From IMG/VR virus record IMGVR_UViG_2734482779_000007: a stretch of 22,685 nt of DNA. One strand, 5' to 3'. This DNA comes from a virus. Taxonomy: Duplodnaviria; Heunggongvirae; Uroviricota; Caudoviricetes. Every line of letters begins with the position of its first letter. Within the stretch, counting starts at the first letter, position 1. The position numbers and the translations under genes were made by a program. Under the pieces are notes generated by a model. That model did not search any database. It was given only the letters and a program-made list of their open reading frames with translations, and was not told the origin of the DNA. Shown piece after piece: positions 1 to 7,569 of this stretch.

Positions 1-1152
1 AGAGCCTTCCCCCAAACCAAGGTAATCAAGAACTCCCTGAGTGCTGGTTTTACCAAGAATGGCACGTCCAACACTTGTCAACGCGGTTAACGCGGCACGA
101 TCTGCCCCTGTAAAATATGGGAGTTTATCTGCTGATGTAGCAAGCTCCGCCAGCGCCGTCAGGGTGGCATCCTTCGATTGCTTACCCGCAAGCGCGTTAG
201 TCATGGTAGTCGCAAAGTTCGGGTCATTGCCCAGCGCCGCAGCCAGTTCGTTCAGCGTGTTCAGTGCATCAGGGGACGAATCTACAAGTGCGGCAATCGC
301 AGCCATAACGAAAGCCGTGCTTGCGATCTGGGTATTATTAGTCCCCTGTGGCGCTGTTGGTGTTGTTGGCGTTCCGGTCAGTGCCGGGCTGTTTAATGGT
401 GCTTTCTTGTTCGTTTCATCCATTACCGCCTTAACAGCTTTTGGTGTCGCTGCCAGCGTTTCAGACGTGCTGTTCGTGGCGCTACTGAGCTGAACAATCC
501 CTTTTTGTGTAGTGGTGGCGTTCTGGGCGGTATATTTCCTGTTAGCCAGGTCATATGCAGCCTTAACCGCTTTCGGTGTTGCGGCCAGTGTTTCTGATTC
601 ACTGTTAATTGCACTGCTTAACTGAGTAAAACCTTTTACGGTCAGCGAGGCGTCCGGGTGACGTCGTGACTGTTCGTGCTCTGAGATTTTATCATCCACA
701 TATTTGCGGGTTGCCAGAACCACTGACGGGTCGATTTTCAGCGTGATGGCTTCGGTGTTCGTGACAACCAGAATCATGCGGATAGTCTGGGTGCGTCCAC
801 TGCCTTCCTGCAACTGCGGTTTGTACGTTTCCGGGCAGTTTGCCACCGCAATAAGTACGCCTTCATCATCATAAAGACCAATCTCACGGATCCAGAATCC
901 TCCCTCGTTTTCAGGGATGATTTGTTCCGCAATAATCTGGCTCTGATTGTTAGGGTCAACACTCAGAAGATTCAGCGGTGCAATGCGTTTCTGGTTAATC
1001 AGTTTTGTTTGTGCAGGGTCTGGTGTTGGTAACACACCATTTGCATCACCAACGGCCATTTGCGTCAGATTCAGCTTACTGCCGAGCATCGTCGCGTTAG
1101 CCAGTCGTGCCGCGCCCTGATTAGTCAGAATGGCGTAGTATTTCACTGTCAT
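1..1152 (-). CDS. H: Tail fibre protein, P2 gpH-like, N-terminal 384 codons (3' end beyond window start)
   Basis: Minus-strand ORF with ATG at 1152 (ATGA overlap with stop of gene I) and open to position 1. Translation MTVKYYAILTNQGAARLANA...DKISEHEQSRRHPDASL...SETLAATPKAVKAAYDLAN...VDSSPDALNTLNELAAALGNDPNFATTMTNALAGK matches the conserved N-terminal domain of P2 H. Absent from ORF track because no stop lies in the window. Confidence 0.85.
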   Translation of the reverse strand, partial: MTVKYYAILTNQGAARLANATMLGSKLNLTQMAVGDANGVLPTPDPAQTKLINQKRIAPLNLLSVDPNNQSQIIAEQIIPENEGGFWIREIGLYDDEGVLIAVANCPETYKPQLQEGSGRTQTIRMILVVTNTEAITLKIDPSVVLATRKYVDDKISEHEQSRRHPDASLTVKGFTQLSSAINSESETLAATPKAVKAAYDLANRKYTAQNATTTQKGIVQLSSATNSTSETLAATPKAVKAVMDETNKKAPLNSPALTGTPTTPTAPQGTNNTQIASTAFVMAAIAALVDSSPDALNTLNELAAALGNDPNFATTMTNALAGKQSKDATLTALAELATSADKLPYFTGADRAALTALTSVGRAILGKTSTQGVLDYLGLGEGS

Positions 1153-1757
1153 GCGTTTACTCTCAGATTATCAATTAAATGAATGGCCGGGGCAGGGAAA
1201 TAATCCCCTTCGACAATAATGGACTCCGGGGTGTAGGGATAAACCGTCAGGGCATCGCCGTGATAGCATCCCGTACCAACGAAAATCTTTCCGTTCACAC
1301 TCAGGCTGATCGCCAGCCCTGTCAGATGGCGACTTACTGGTTTTGCATCCGCAATAAGGCGCTCAAGTTCCTGATACATTTCATCGGTGATGCCCTGATC
1401 AAGTACTCCGACAACAATGCGAAATGTTCCCGGCTCCTCGTTGAGTTGCCACCACTCCTTTACTTCAATCAGGTAGCCGAGAGGCTCCACGGCTCTTCGC
1501 AGTGCGCTGATGGTCCCTTTGTGTCGGTGTATCAGCCATGCATCACGAATCACCTGTCGCTTTGTCTCTTCCGGCCAGTTGCGATCCCAGCGGTCAACGG
1601 AAAACGCCCAGGCGAGATAAGGCAGCAGATGCACCGGGCAGGTGTCCGGCGACCACAGCGTGTTGAGGTCTACCGGAATGTCTGTAATGCGTGTTCCGAC
1701 GGCTTCGGCACAACGCATGAAATTGCTGGCTGATGGTGGTAACAACGAATTACTCAT
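1149..1757 (-). CDS. I: Baseplate assembly protein I (P2 gpI-like)
   Basis: ORF track 1149..1790; the codon at 1790 is GTG, the in-frame ATG at 1757 gives MSNSLLPPSASNFMRCAEAVGTRITDIPVDLNTLWSPDTCPVHLLPYLAWAFSVDRWD, typical of the gpI family. Position J-I-H conserved. Confidence 0.85.
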   Translation of the reverse strand: MSNSLLPPSASNFMRCAEAVGTRITDIPVDLNTLWSPDTCPVHLLPYLAWAFSVDRWDRNWPEETKRQVIRDAWLIHRHKGTISALRRAVEPLGYLIEVKEWWQLNEEPGTFRIVVGVLDQGITDEMYQELERLIADAKPVSRHLTGLAISLSVNGKIFVGTGCYHGDALTVYPYTPESIIVEGDYFPAPAIHLIDNLRVNA

Positions 1758-2646
1758 TGCGCCCACCTTCGCTGATGGTGAATGACTCACAGCGCGCCGC
1801 CTGTATGTCGCTGATGGCCATATTCTGTGTGGGTTCGATTATCTCCACGCGTTGCACACCGTGCACATGCAGTGCGGCAGCAATGGCGGACAACGCCACG
1901 TCCTGACCGATAAGCCCCTGCTCAGCCAGCCACTTCCTGAACGACGATTCAGCCGCGGCCAGAATAGGTTCGGATTCCGGGCCGGGGTAAAAGTACAGTT
2001 TTGCATTCAGCCGCCATGTCACGATTCTGGCGCTCTGTACGGTCAGGCGGTCGGCCACCGGGCGGGTATCCTCTGCATTCAGAACGGCGCGAACGGTATT
2101 AAGCAACGCCTCCGTTGCTGTGCCGTCGCCTTCAGTGGACAGGATGGAAACCGTCACACAGGCCGGAGACGGACTGATAGCCCGCGCATCGCGCACCAGA
2201 CCGCTGGCGCTGCGGGCAAAATACTCGTATGCACCTGACGGGCCAGCAACACTCAGGCCGTCGTACGCCCGCTGCGCCCGCAATCTCAGCGAGGTGTCGC
2301 TCTCCATCACCGCGTCGGTGGTATCCGTTGCCGGAGTGATAACCAGGCGCTTTGTGTTCATATTGCCCGCGAGGTTGTCCAGGTTTGTCCCTGAACCGTG
2401 GCTTAACATGCAGGCGCGTGCGCCCTCGTTAACCCGCTGGCGTAACAGCATTTCACGAAAAGACATGGTTTGAGCGATAACGTTCAGGGGTTCCGATTCC
2501 AGCTCCAGCGCGGCGGAGACGGCTTCACGCTGTTCGGCAGGATAGGACGCAATCATCATGGCCTTTGTGTCAGCCAGAATTGCCTCAAAATCAGGCTCCG
2601 CGATGATGGCGGGTTCCGGTAACTGTGAAAGGTCAACAGCAGGCAT
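1750..2646 (-). CDS. J: Baseplate assembly protein J (P2 gpJ-like)
   Basis: 298-aa ORF MPAVDLSQLPEPAIIAEPDFEAILADTKA...RQRVNEGARACMLSHGSGTNLDNL...ESDTSLRLRAQRAYDGLSVAG; collinear similarity to P2 gpJ. GAGGGAG SD precedes ATG 2646. Confidence 0.9.
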   Translation of the reverse strand: MPAVDLSQLPEPAIIAEPDFEAILADTKAMMIASYPAEQREAVSAALELESEPLNVIAQTMSFREMLLRQRVNEGARACMLSHGSGTNLDNLAGNMNTKRLVITPATDTTDAVMESDTSLRLRAQRAYDGLSVAGPSGAYEYFARSASGLVRDARAISPSPACVTVSILSTEGDGTATEALLNTVRAVLNAEDTRPVADRLTVQSARIVTWRLNAKLYFYPGPESEPILAAAESSFRKWLAEQGLIGQDVALSAIAAALHVHGVQRVEIIEPTQNMAISDIQAARCESFTISEGGRNE

Positions 2647-2649
2647 GAT

Positions 2650-3000
2650 TTACTCCCTCAGCGTGATGGTTAATTCAACATTCTGCATGGTCTGCATGAC
2701 AGTGCCCGACAGCGTCACCCCGGCGCGGCCTCCCGCTTTCCAGACAACGTCGATGGCATCCAGGGCAATGCGGGGTTCCCATCGTGTCAGCGCAATCACG
2801 GCAGCACTCATGCATTGCAGACGCGTGGTGTTATTCATGGGTTCGTCAATCAAATCAGGCACAAGGCTGCCATATTCCCGTCGCATAACCCGGCTTGCCA
2901 GCGGGGTGATCAGGATGTCCCTGACTGACTGTTTCAGGTGCTCCGTATCATTCAGGTTTCCCGTCCCGTCCGGATTCATTCCTGTGTAGCGGGTTGTCAC
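2650..3000 (-). CDS. W: Baseplate wedge protein W (gp25/GPW family)
   Basis: 116-aa ORF MTTRYTGMNPDGTGNLNDTEHLKQSVRDILITPLASRVMRREYGSL, GPW/gp25 signature. First codon is GTG at 3000 overlapping the V stop (GTGA); alternative ATG at 2979. Confidence 0.85.
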   Translation of the reverse strand: MTTRYTGMNPDGTGNLNDTEHLKQSVRDILITPLASRVMRREYGSLVPDLIDEPMNNTTRLQCMSAAVIALTRWEPRIALDAIDVVWKAGGRAGVTLSGTVMQTMQNVELTITLRE

Positions 3001-3578
3001 TGCGGGCCTCCTGTCGAATCGCTGCCACCTTTCACGCCACCGTGTTTATGCGTATGCACGGTAATGCCGTTTGAGGTGAAGTTGCCGCCGCTGTGCGTGA
3101 TATTGCCGCTCATCTTTCCCCCTTTTGTGACGTCAAGCGTCGCCGTTCTCAGAAGGTCTGTGCATTCCACGACGGGCGTATCCAGTGTCACGCTGACGGA
3201 TGCCTGCAGGGTGGCTGTTTTCATGCCGCTGGCGCTCAGTGCGCCTGCGTCCGCGTCGTAGCGGAACACCGCGCCATCCGGCGCGCTGACCACGATTTCT
3301 TTCAGGCTTTTGCCGGGTGCCGGACTGGCATCACTCCACAGGCTGCCAATTATCATGGCGGTTTCCGGGTTGCCGCCAATGCAGGCAATTACCACCTGTT
3401 CGCCGGGTGATGGCGGCAGCCACACATTGAAGGCTCCCGCGCGCGTGGTGTTCCAGCGCAACCAGCCTGTTTCCAGTTCGCCGCTGCGAACGCGCACGCA
3501 CCAGGACTTCTCATCAACTTCAGAGATAATCCCGGTGCGGATGATGTTGCTCAGCAGTCGCATGAGTTCTGCGCTCAT
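2997..3578 (-). CDS. V: Baseplate spike/assembly protein V (P2 gpV-like)
   Basis: 193-aa ORF with conserved NIIRTGIISEVDEK... N-terminus and HTHKHGGVKGGSDSTGGP C-terminal motif typical of gpV spikes. ATG 3578 overlaps S stop (ATGA). Confidence 0.85.
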   Translation of the reverse strand: MSAELMRLLSNIIRTGIISEVDEKSWCVRVRSGELETGWLRWNTTRAGAFNVWLPPSPGEQVVIACIGGNPETAMIIGSLWSDASPAPGKSLKEIVVSAPDGAVFRYDADAGALSASGMKTATLQASVSVTLDTPVVECTDLLRTATLDVTKGGKMSGNITHSGGNFTSNGITVHTHKHGGVKGGSDSTGGPQ

Positions 3579-4210
3579 CGTACAGCCTCCGCAATCCGGC
3601 CCAGCACCGTGTTATAAATCAGGCGTTCATCTGCCTGGCTGATACCCAGCAGCTCACGTACCGGGTAATCGGTGAAAATGCCCGGCGCAACCTGATCGCG
3701 CTCACCGAACTGATGAACGCGTGCAATACGTGCAGCCACGCCGCTGTAACCCACCGTCACACCGGAAGCATCCGCACGGGCTTTCAGGTAGCGGGCGGTG
3801 CGCAGTTTTACGAACATGGGGACGCGCTTTGTGCTGTCCTGGTTGATGCGCCGGGTGCGTATTTCCAGAAAACGGTCGATGTCATCCCGGTAAAACGTGC
3901 GGATATTGTTTTTATCCTCATCCCACCCGGTAATGGTTCGCCCGTATTTCCCCGTGTCGTGATGCCAGTTTTTCAGCGTGCGTGCTTCGTTATTCCAGAT
4001 AAAGCGAATGCGCTCCTGTATCCGGGTTACGCGGCGTCTGCGTGGTGTCCATGCGGTCCCGTCCGGCGCTTTCTGTGACCGGATGCGCGCCTGCTGGGCG
4101 CGGCGTAAATCCTGTGCCAGCTTTCTGGCGATGTTATTGATGGCCTGCTGATTCAGGCTGTCGCGGATAGCCTCAAAGGTTTCATCCACGCGGGTGAATG
4201 CCTTATCCAT
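3575..4210 (-). CDS. S: Tail completion / virion morphogenesis protein S-like
   Basis: ORF track 3575..4219 begins with GTG; in-frame ATG at 4210 (MDKAFTRVDETFEAIRD) overlaps the TAA of gene R. C-terminal ...VGYSGVAARIARVHQFGERDQVAPGIFTDYPVRELLGIS resembles the phage virion morphogenesis (gpS) family. Longer than P2 S. Confidence 0.75.
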   Translation of the reverse strand: MDKAFTRVDETFEAIRDSLNQQAINNIARKLAQDLRRAQQARIRSQKAPDGTAWTPRRRRVTRIQERIRFIWNNEARTLKNWHHDTGKYGRTITGWDEDKNNIRTFYRDDIDRFLEIRTRRINQDSTKRVPMFVKLRTARYLKARADASGVTVGYSGVAARIARVHQFGERDQVAPGIFTDYPVRELLGISQADERLIYNTVLGRIAEAVR

Positions 4211-4670
4211 CGCTTTCACCCCACGTCACATCCTGGAATATATGCGACCAGTCGCCTTCGGAAGAGGGCAGACGGGGTTTTGGCTCCGGCAGGTGCTCTG
4301 CTTGCGGTGTGCCCTGACTGTTGCGCGTAATGCGAACGCGTTCCCGCAGGGGGATCGTAAACAGGAGATCGGCGCTGTCATCGTCATTGATAACGGCGGA
4401 AAATTTGATGTCCTGATTACGCTCCGGATTGAGCAACAACTGTGGCTGATTTTCGGATAACCACGCCAGTAGTGGCAGCGTGAGGTCGTCCAGCTCCCCG
4501 GCGTAATCCATGACAAACATCACCATCTGATAGCGGTAAACAAACGAGGGCGTTTCTCCGGTCGTTTCAATGTTGCCGCTCTCCACGAAAATGGTGAATT
4601 TTTCCGGGTTAGCCTGACACCATCGGCATGAACGGGTCATGGCTTCACGCAGGGAATCAGTTTTCAGCAT
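4203..4670 (-). CDS. R: Tail completion protein R (P2 gpR-like)
   Basis: 155-aa ORF MLKTDSLREAMTRSCRWCQANPEKFTIFVESGNIETT...LLAWLSENQPQLL; same length as and collinear with P2 gpR. Confidence 0.8.
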   Translation of the reverse strand: MLKTDSLREAMTRSCRWCQANPEKFTIFVESGNIETTGETPSFVYRYQMVMFVMDYAGELDDLTLPLLAWLSENQPQLLLNPERNQDIKFSAVINDDDSADLLFTIPLRERVRITRNSQGTPQAEHLPEPKPRLPSSEGDWSHIFQDVTWGESDG

Positions 4671-4947
4671 GGTTGTTATCCTCGTTGTTCAGTCGTTGCA
4701 GCCTGCGCTGTTCCAGTAATTCAATGGCCCGTTTATCAGCGTTACAGGTTTCCAGTGCATCCAGAAGGCGGTCGCCCCATATACCGAGATTTCCCCATGT
4801 GGGAGTGTCAGGGAAGGGGGGAGGCGTTACCGGTATGGTCAGCGTCTGCGGTATAAGCCGGACTAACGGCGCTGGCCGTGGCGCGTTCTGCGTGCCTGCG
4901 CAACCTGTCAGTAAAACGAGCGTCAGGCAAAGCGTGGGCGCATTCAT
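4657..4947 (-). CDS. lysC: o-spanin (Rz1/LysC-like outer-membrane lipoprotein)
   Basis: Inside ORF 4657..5061 the in-frame ATG at 4947 gives MNAPTLCLTLVLLTGCAGTQ (signal peptide plus lipobox LTGC) followed by a proline-rich stretch. Starts inside lysB in another frame and runs past its stop, the overlapped spanin architecture seen in P2. Confidence 0.6.
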   Translation of the reverse strand: MNAPTLCLTLVLLTGCAGTQNAPRPAPLVRLIPQTLTIPVTPPPFPDTPTWGNLGIWGDRLLDALETCNADKRAIELLEQRRLQRLNNEDNNHAEN

Positions 4948-5215
4948 CTTTTGCAATATCGTTGCGTAGCTGTTCACGTCTGGCCTCTCCGTCCTGATTT
5001 CGCTGTTGATTTTCCACGCGGAGTTGCGCCAGCACCTGCTGCATATCCTGTACCCCGGCACTGATGATATTCAGTGTGTCGACGGTACTTTTCAGGGTGC
5101 TGGCCTGCGCTTCGTTTCTGGCGTTCTCCCGGCCCAGCGACCACGACAGACGCATGGATGTTCCCCATCCGGCAATCAGAAGGAAAGCGACGCCAAGCAT
5201 GGGCCAGAGCTTCAT
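4808..5215 (-). CDS. lysB: i-spanin (Rz/LysB-like)
   Basis: Inside ORF 4808..5359 the ATG at 5215 overlaps the endolysin stop (ATGA) and gives MKLWPMLGVAFLLIAGWGTS (N-terminal TM helix) followed by a Q/R/E-rich predicted coiled coil. Confidence 0.65.
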   Translation of the reverse strand: MKLWPMLGVAFLLIAGWGTSMRLSWSLGRENARNEAQASTLKSTVDTLNIISAGVQDMQQVLAQLRVENQQRNQDGEARREQLRNDIAKDECAHALPDARFTDRLRRHAERATASAVSPAYTADADHTGNASPLP

Positions 5216-5604
5216 GCCGGATAGGCTCCGTGTGGTAACTGAAAATGCGGTCCGTCTTTCAGGGTCTTCCAGTCGCCGCCCCATTCCACCGGAATATTCA
5301 GTTCCCGGCTGGCCTGTCTGAATGCTGCTGCGATTTTTTCGTACAGCGGCCATTCCCATGACACCTGGCTGCCGATATAAGCCACAACATCCACGGCATG
5401 CCCCGTAAGGTGGCGGCTGTTCATGGTCTGGCTCTTACCCGTGGCCACCAGTTGCTTCTGGCGGTAACGGCTGCGCAACCCTTCGGTGATACCAAAATCC
5501 ACTTCCGAGATTTCCAGTGCCCGTCGGGTCACTTTCACCAGATCAGGATTTACGCCCTGCAAATTCTTTTCGCTCCGGCTGCTGAATTTAAATGTGTTGC
5601 TCAT
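5212..5604 (-). CDS. Endolysin, peptidase M15 family (L-alanyl-D-glutamate peptidase-like)
   Basis: 130-aa ORF with ...SRHLTGHAVDVVAY...WGGDW...DGPHFQL, the zinc-peptidase pattern of M15 phage endolysins. Sits where P2 has lysozyme K; no lysA equivalent follows. Confidence 0.8.
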   Translation of the reverse strand: MSNTFKFSSRSEKNLQGVNPDLVKVTRRALEISEVDFGITEGLRSRYRQKQLVATGKSQTMNSRHLTGHAVDVVAYIGSQVSWEWPLYEKIAAAFRQASRELNIPVEWGGDWKTLKDGPHFQLPHGAYPA

Positions 5605-5924
5605 TCGTCCTTCTCCTTCACCCTGCGATTAAAGGCCGCAATAACCTTGTCGCGTGCTTTCTCTGCACCCATAAAACCGATTGATGCGCCGATAAACGTC
5701 ACGGCATCTTCAGGAAACCCGAAGAAGCGCAACGACCCGGCCACGGCCATGGCAAGAACGCCGCACGCCAGCGATCCCGTTACGGTCTGAACCAGTGTTC
5801 GTCCGTCATAAAGACTCATCAGCGCGGAAATGCTGACCGCCGCGCCTACTGCATACACCGTTGGCAGGTGGTCAAAGAGCCACGCAATAACCTGCTCTGT
5901 GATCCCTGTTTGAATGGTGCTCAC
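5601..5924 (-). CDS. Holin (multi-TM, P2 Y position)
   Basis: Within ORF 5601..6143 a GTG at 5924 lies 5 nt after GGGGGGAG and 3 nt after the X stop. Product ~107 aa with hydrophobic segments (TVYAVGAAVSISALMSL, GSLACGVLAMAVAGSL, AVTFIGASIGFMGA) and charged C-terminus. Start codon uncertain. Confidence 0.55.
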   Translation of the reverse strand: MSTIQTGITEQVIAWLFDHLPTVYAVGAAVSISALMSLYDGRTLVQTVTGSLACGVLAMAVAGSLRFFGFPEDAVTFIGASIGFMGAEKARDKVIAAFNRRVKEKDE

Positions 5925-5926
5925 TG

Positions 5927-6127
5927 CTACTCCCCCCACAACTGAATCATTTCTCGTTTCTTCTTCTCCGGCTCCGGCATCTCCACTTCCTGCCCGGCGT
6001 CCAGAAATACCTGCTGACAGAGTCCGGGGTTGGCATCCAGCACCTTTTCGGTGACGCCCTGCGTCGTGCCGTAGTACCGGAAACAGAGCGAATCCACGGT
6101 GTCGCCTTCCAGTGCCTTCACTTTCAT
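5927..6127 (-). CDS. X: Tail protein X (LysM-like, P2 gpX-like)
   Basis: In ORF 5927..6160 the ATG at 6127 (TGATG overlap with L stop) gives MKVKALEGDTVDSLCFRYYGTTQGVTEKVLDANPGL...IQLWGE, 66 aa, matching P2 gpX MK.F.LQGDTLDAICVRYYG...NLWE. Confidence 0.85.
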   Translation of the reverse strand: MKVKALEGDTVDSLCFRYYGTTQGVTEKVLDANPGLCQQVFLDAGQEVEMPEPEKKKREMIQLWGE

Positions 6128-6621
6128 CAGCACAACTCCGCAAAGATTCGCGGGCGGCACAGAATGTCAGAGATGGCCCAGCTCACATCACGCCACAAAT
6201 CCGATGTCTGTATATCCAGAGCGTCCGCCCGGCGGTCGCCCTTGTCCGTTGTGTCTGCATCACGATAACGCTCCAGAATCAGGGCGCGCGTGGCGGTATA
6301 AACAGCATTGCGCCAGTGCCAGAGATTGACGCTTTCTCCGTTAATTACGGGTGCCGGAACATCGGCCAGCGTCTGATGGCCAGCTGCCTGCTGTTCCTGC
6401 TGCCATGCTTCCAGCTCGCGGGTAACGTGTGCCACAGCCCCGGTGGCAGTATGCAGCAGGCGGGAGGTGGTCACGCGGCCCGGCAGTCGTACCGCCAGAC
6501 GCAGCTCGCGCAGCACAATATCCGGCCAGAATGCACCCGCTGAAATGCGGGTATCGCCATCATCGGTATCGGTGATGTCGTCCTCTGCGGGTCTGGGTTC
6601 AGTTCTGGCAACCATACTCAT
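6127..6621 (-). CDS. L: Head completion/stabilisation protein L (P2 gpL-like)
   Basis: ORF track 6127..6630 starts with GTG; ATG at 6621 has AGGAG 8 nt upstream. Contains ...ISAGAFWPDIVLRELRLAVRL... and ...RDADTTDKGDRRADALD...LWRDVSWAISDILCRPR, collinear with P2 gpL. Confidence 0.85.
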   Translation of the reverse strand: MSMVARTEPRPAEDDITDTDDGDTRISAGAFWPDIVLRELRLAVRLPGRVTTSRLLHTATGAVAHVTRELEAWQQEQQAAGHQTLADVPAPVINGESVNLWHWRNAVYTATRALILERYRDADTTDKGDRRADALDIQTSDLWRDVSWAISDILCRPRIFAELC

Positions 6622-6635
6622 GGGGTTCACTCCTG

Positions 6636-6709
6636 AAAAAAATCGGGCGGTGGGTGCGCGGTGTAAACGGTCACGGAGTCAAACCGGAACACCGCGCACG
6701 CCGCCCGCT
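6636..6709 (-). terminator. Candidate intrinsic terminator/attenuator between M and L
   Basis: Perfect 10-bp inverted repeat GTGCGCGGTG (6654-6663) / CACCGCGCAC (6690-6699), extended by imperfect CGGGCGG arms (6644-6709). On the minus-strand RNA the stem is followed by A plus U7 (plus-strand A-run 6636-6642). Confidence 0.35.
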
Positions 6710-6723
6710 GACGGGGTCAGTCG

Positions 6724-7524
6724 TTAACCGCGCTTCGCCTTCTGCGTCGCGGTGGTTTTTCGTGTTGCAGGCTTCCGCGTTGTCTTTTTACTTTTGCTGC
6801 TTTCGTCCTGCGCCTGCTGTGCGCTGGCGTCTTCTGGTTCGGCTGCGGAATCGGCTTTTTTCAGGGCGCGGGAAAGGGTTGCAATCTCGCGTTTCACACC
6901 TGCGTTCGGGTTCAGGTGCATCGCTTCGCGCAGCAGCTTCAGTGATAAGGCCATGTTGTCTGCATCGGTCAGACCACGACGGGCAAAGGCGCACGCCTTG
7001 CATAATTTGGCGCGTACTTCGTCCGGCATGTCCTGGTCGGTGACAATCTTCCGGAGGGTGTCCAGTGGTTCGATAAAGGCGGACAAATCCGCGTCGGCAT
7101 CCGCCCCGGCCTGCGTCAGTACCGGGTTGCAGATTTCTTCGGTCAGCACTGTGGCAGCAGTACGGCCAAAGTTATCCGGCATAATGAGGTTATGACGGAC
7201 CACATACGCACCAATACGCAACGCCAGCGGAAGATCGCCGCAGTCAATCGCCCACACCATCAGCGTGGCAATCACTTCATCCTGCTGCCCACCGTCAGCC
7301 TCCAGCGTTCCCTCAATCCAGCCGGAAAAGTCCGGCAACAACTCTTTTTTGATGGCGGCTTTCGCGCTTCTGGCCTGTACGCCCTTAAGCCGGGCCTGTG
7401 CCAGACGCAGACGATACAGCACCTCTTCATGCGCGGTACGCGCGGCGTGGTCCACGCCTTCATTCGCCCGGCCTGCGCGCTGTGCCATCACGTTCTGCCA
7501 GTGTTGCTGTGCAGGAGTAATCAT
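6724..7524 (-). CDS. M: Terminase small (endonuclease) subunit M (P2 gpM-like)
   Basis: 266-aa ORF MITPAQQHWQNVMAQRAGRANEG...KKELLPDFSGWIEGTLEADGGQQDEVIATLMVWAIDCGDL...MPDEVRAKLCK, collinear with P2 gpM; basic K/R/T-rich tail. GGAGAG SD before ATG 7524. Confidence 0.85.
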   Translation of the reverse strand: MITPAQQHWQNVMAQRAGRANEGVDHAARTAHEEVLYRLRLAQARLKGVQARSAKAAIKKELLPDFSGWIEGTLEADGGQQDEVIATLMVWAIDCGDLPLALRIGAYVVRHNLIMPDNFGRTAATVLTEEICNPVLTQAGADADADLSAFIEPLDTLRKIVTDQDMPDEVRAKLCKACAFARRGLTDADNMALSLKLLREAMHLNPNAGVKREIATLSRALKKADSAAEPEDASAQQAQDESSKSKKTTRKPATRKTTATQKAKRG

Positions 7525-7541
7525 TTTTTCTCTCCGTTACA

Positions 7542-7560
7542 GGCGGGCATGATGCCCGCC
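7542..7560 (-). other. GC-rich hairpin in the N-M intergenic region
   Basis: GGCGGGC (7542-7548) / GCCCGCC (7554-7560), loop ATGAT; lies between N stop (7570-7572) and the M SD. No U-run follows. Confidence 0.3.
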
Positions 7561-7569
7561 GTGAGTTGA

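Noticed and set aside
41-493. 150-aa plus-strand ORF (Ala/Ser/Val-rich)
   Set aside because: Lies antisense to the tail fibre H coding frame, which has strong P2 H similarity; low-complexity composition typical of the reverse strand of a GC-rich gene; no SD.
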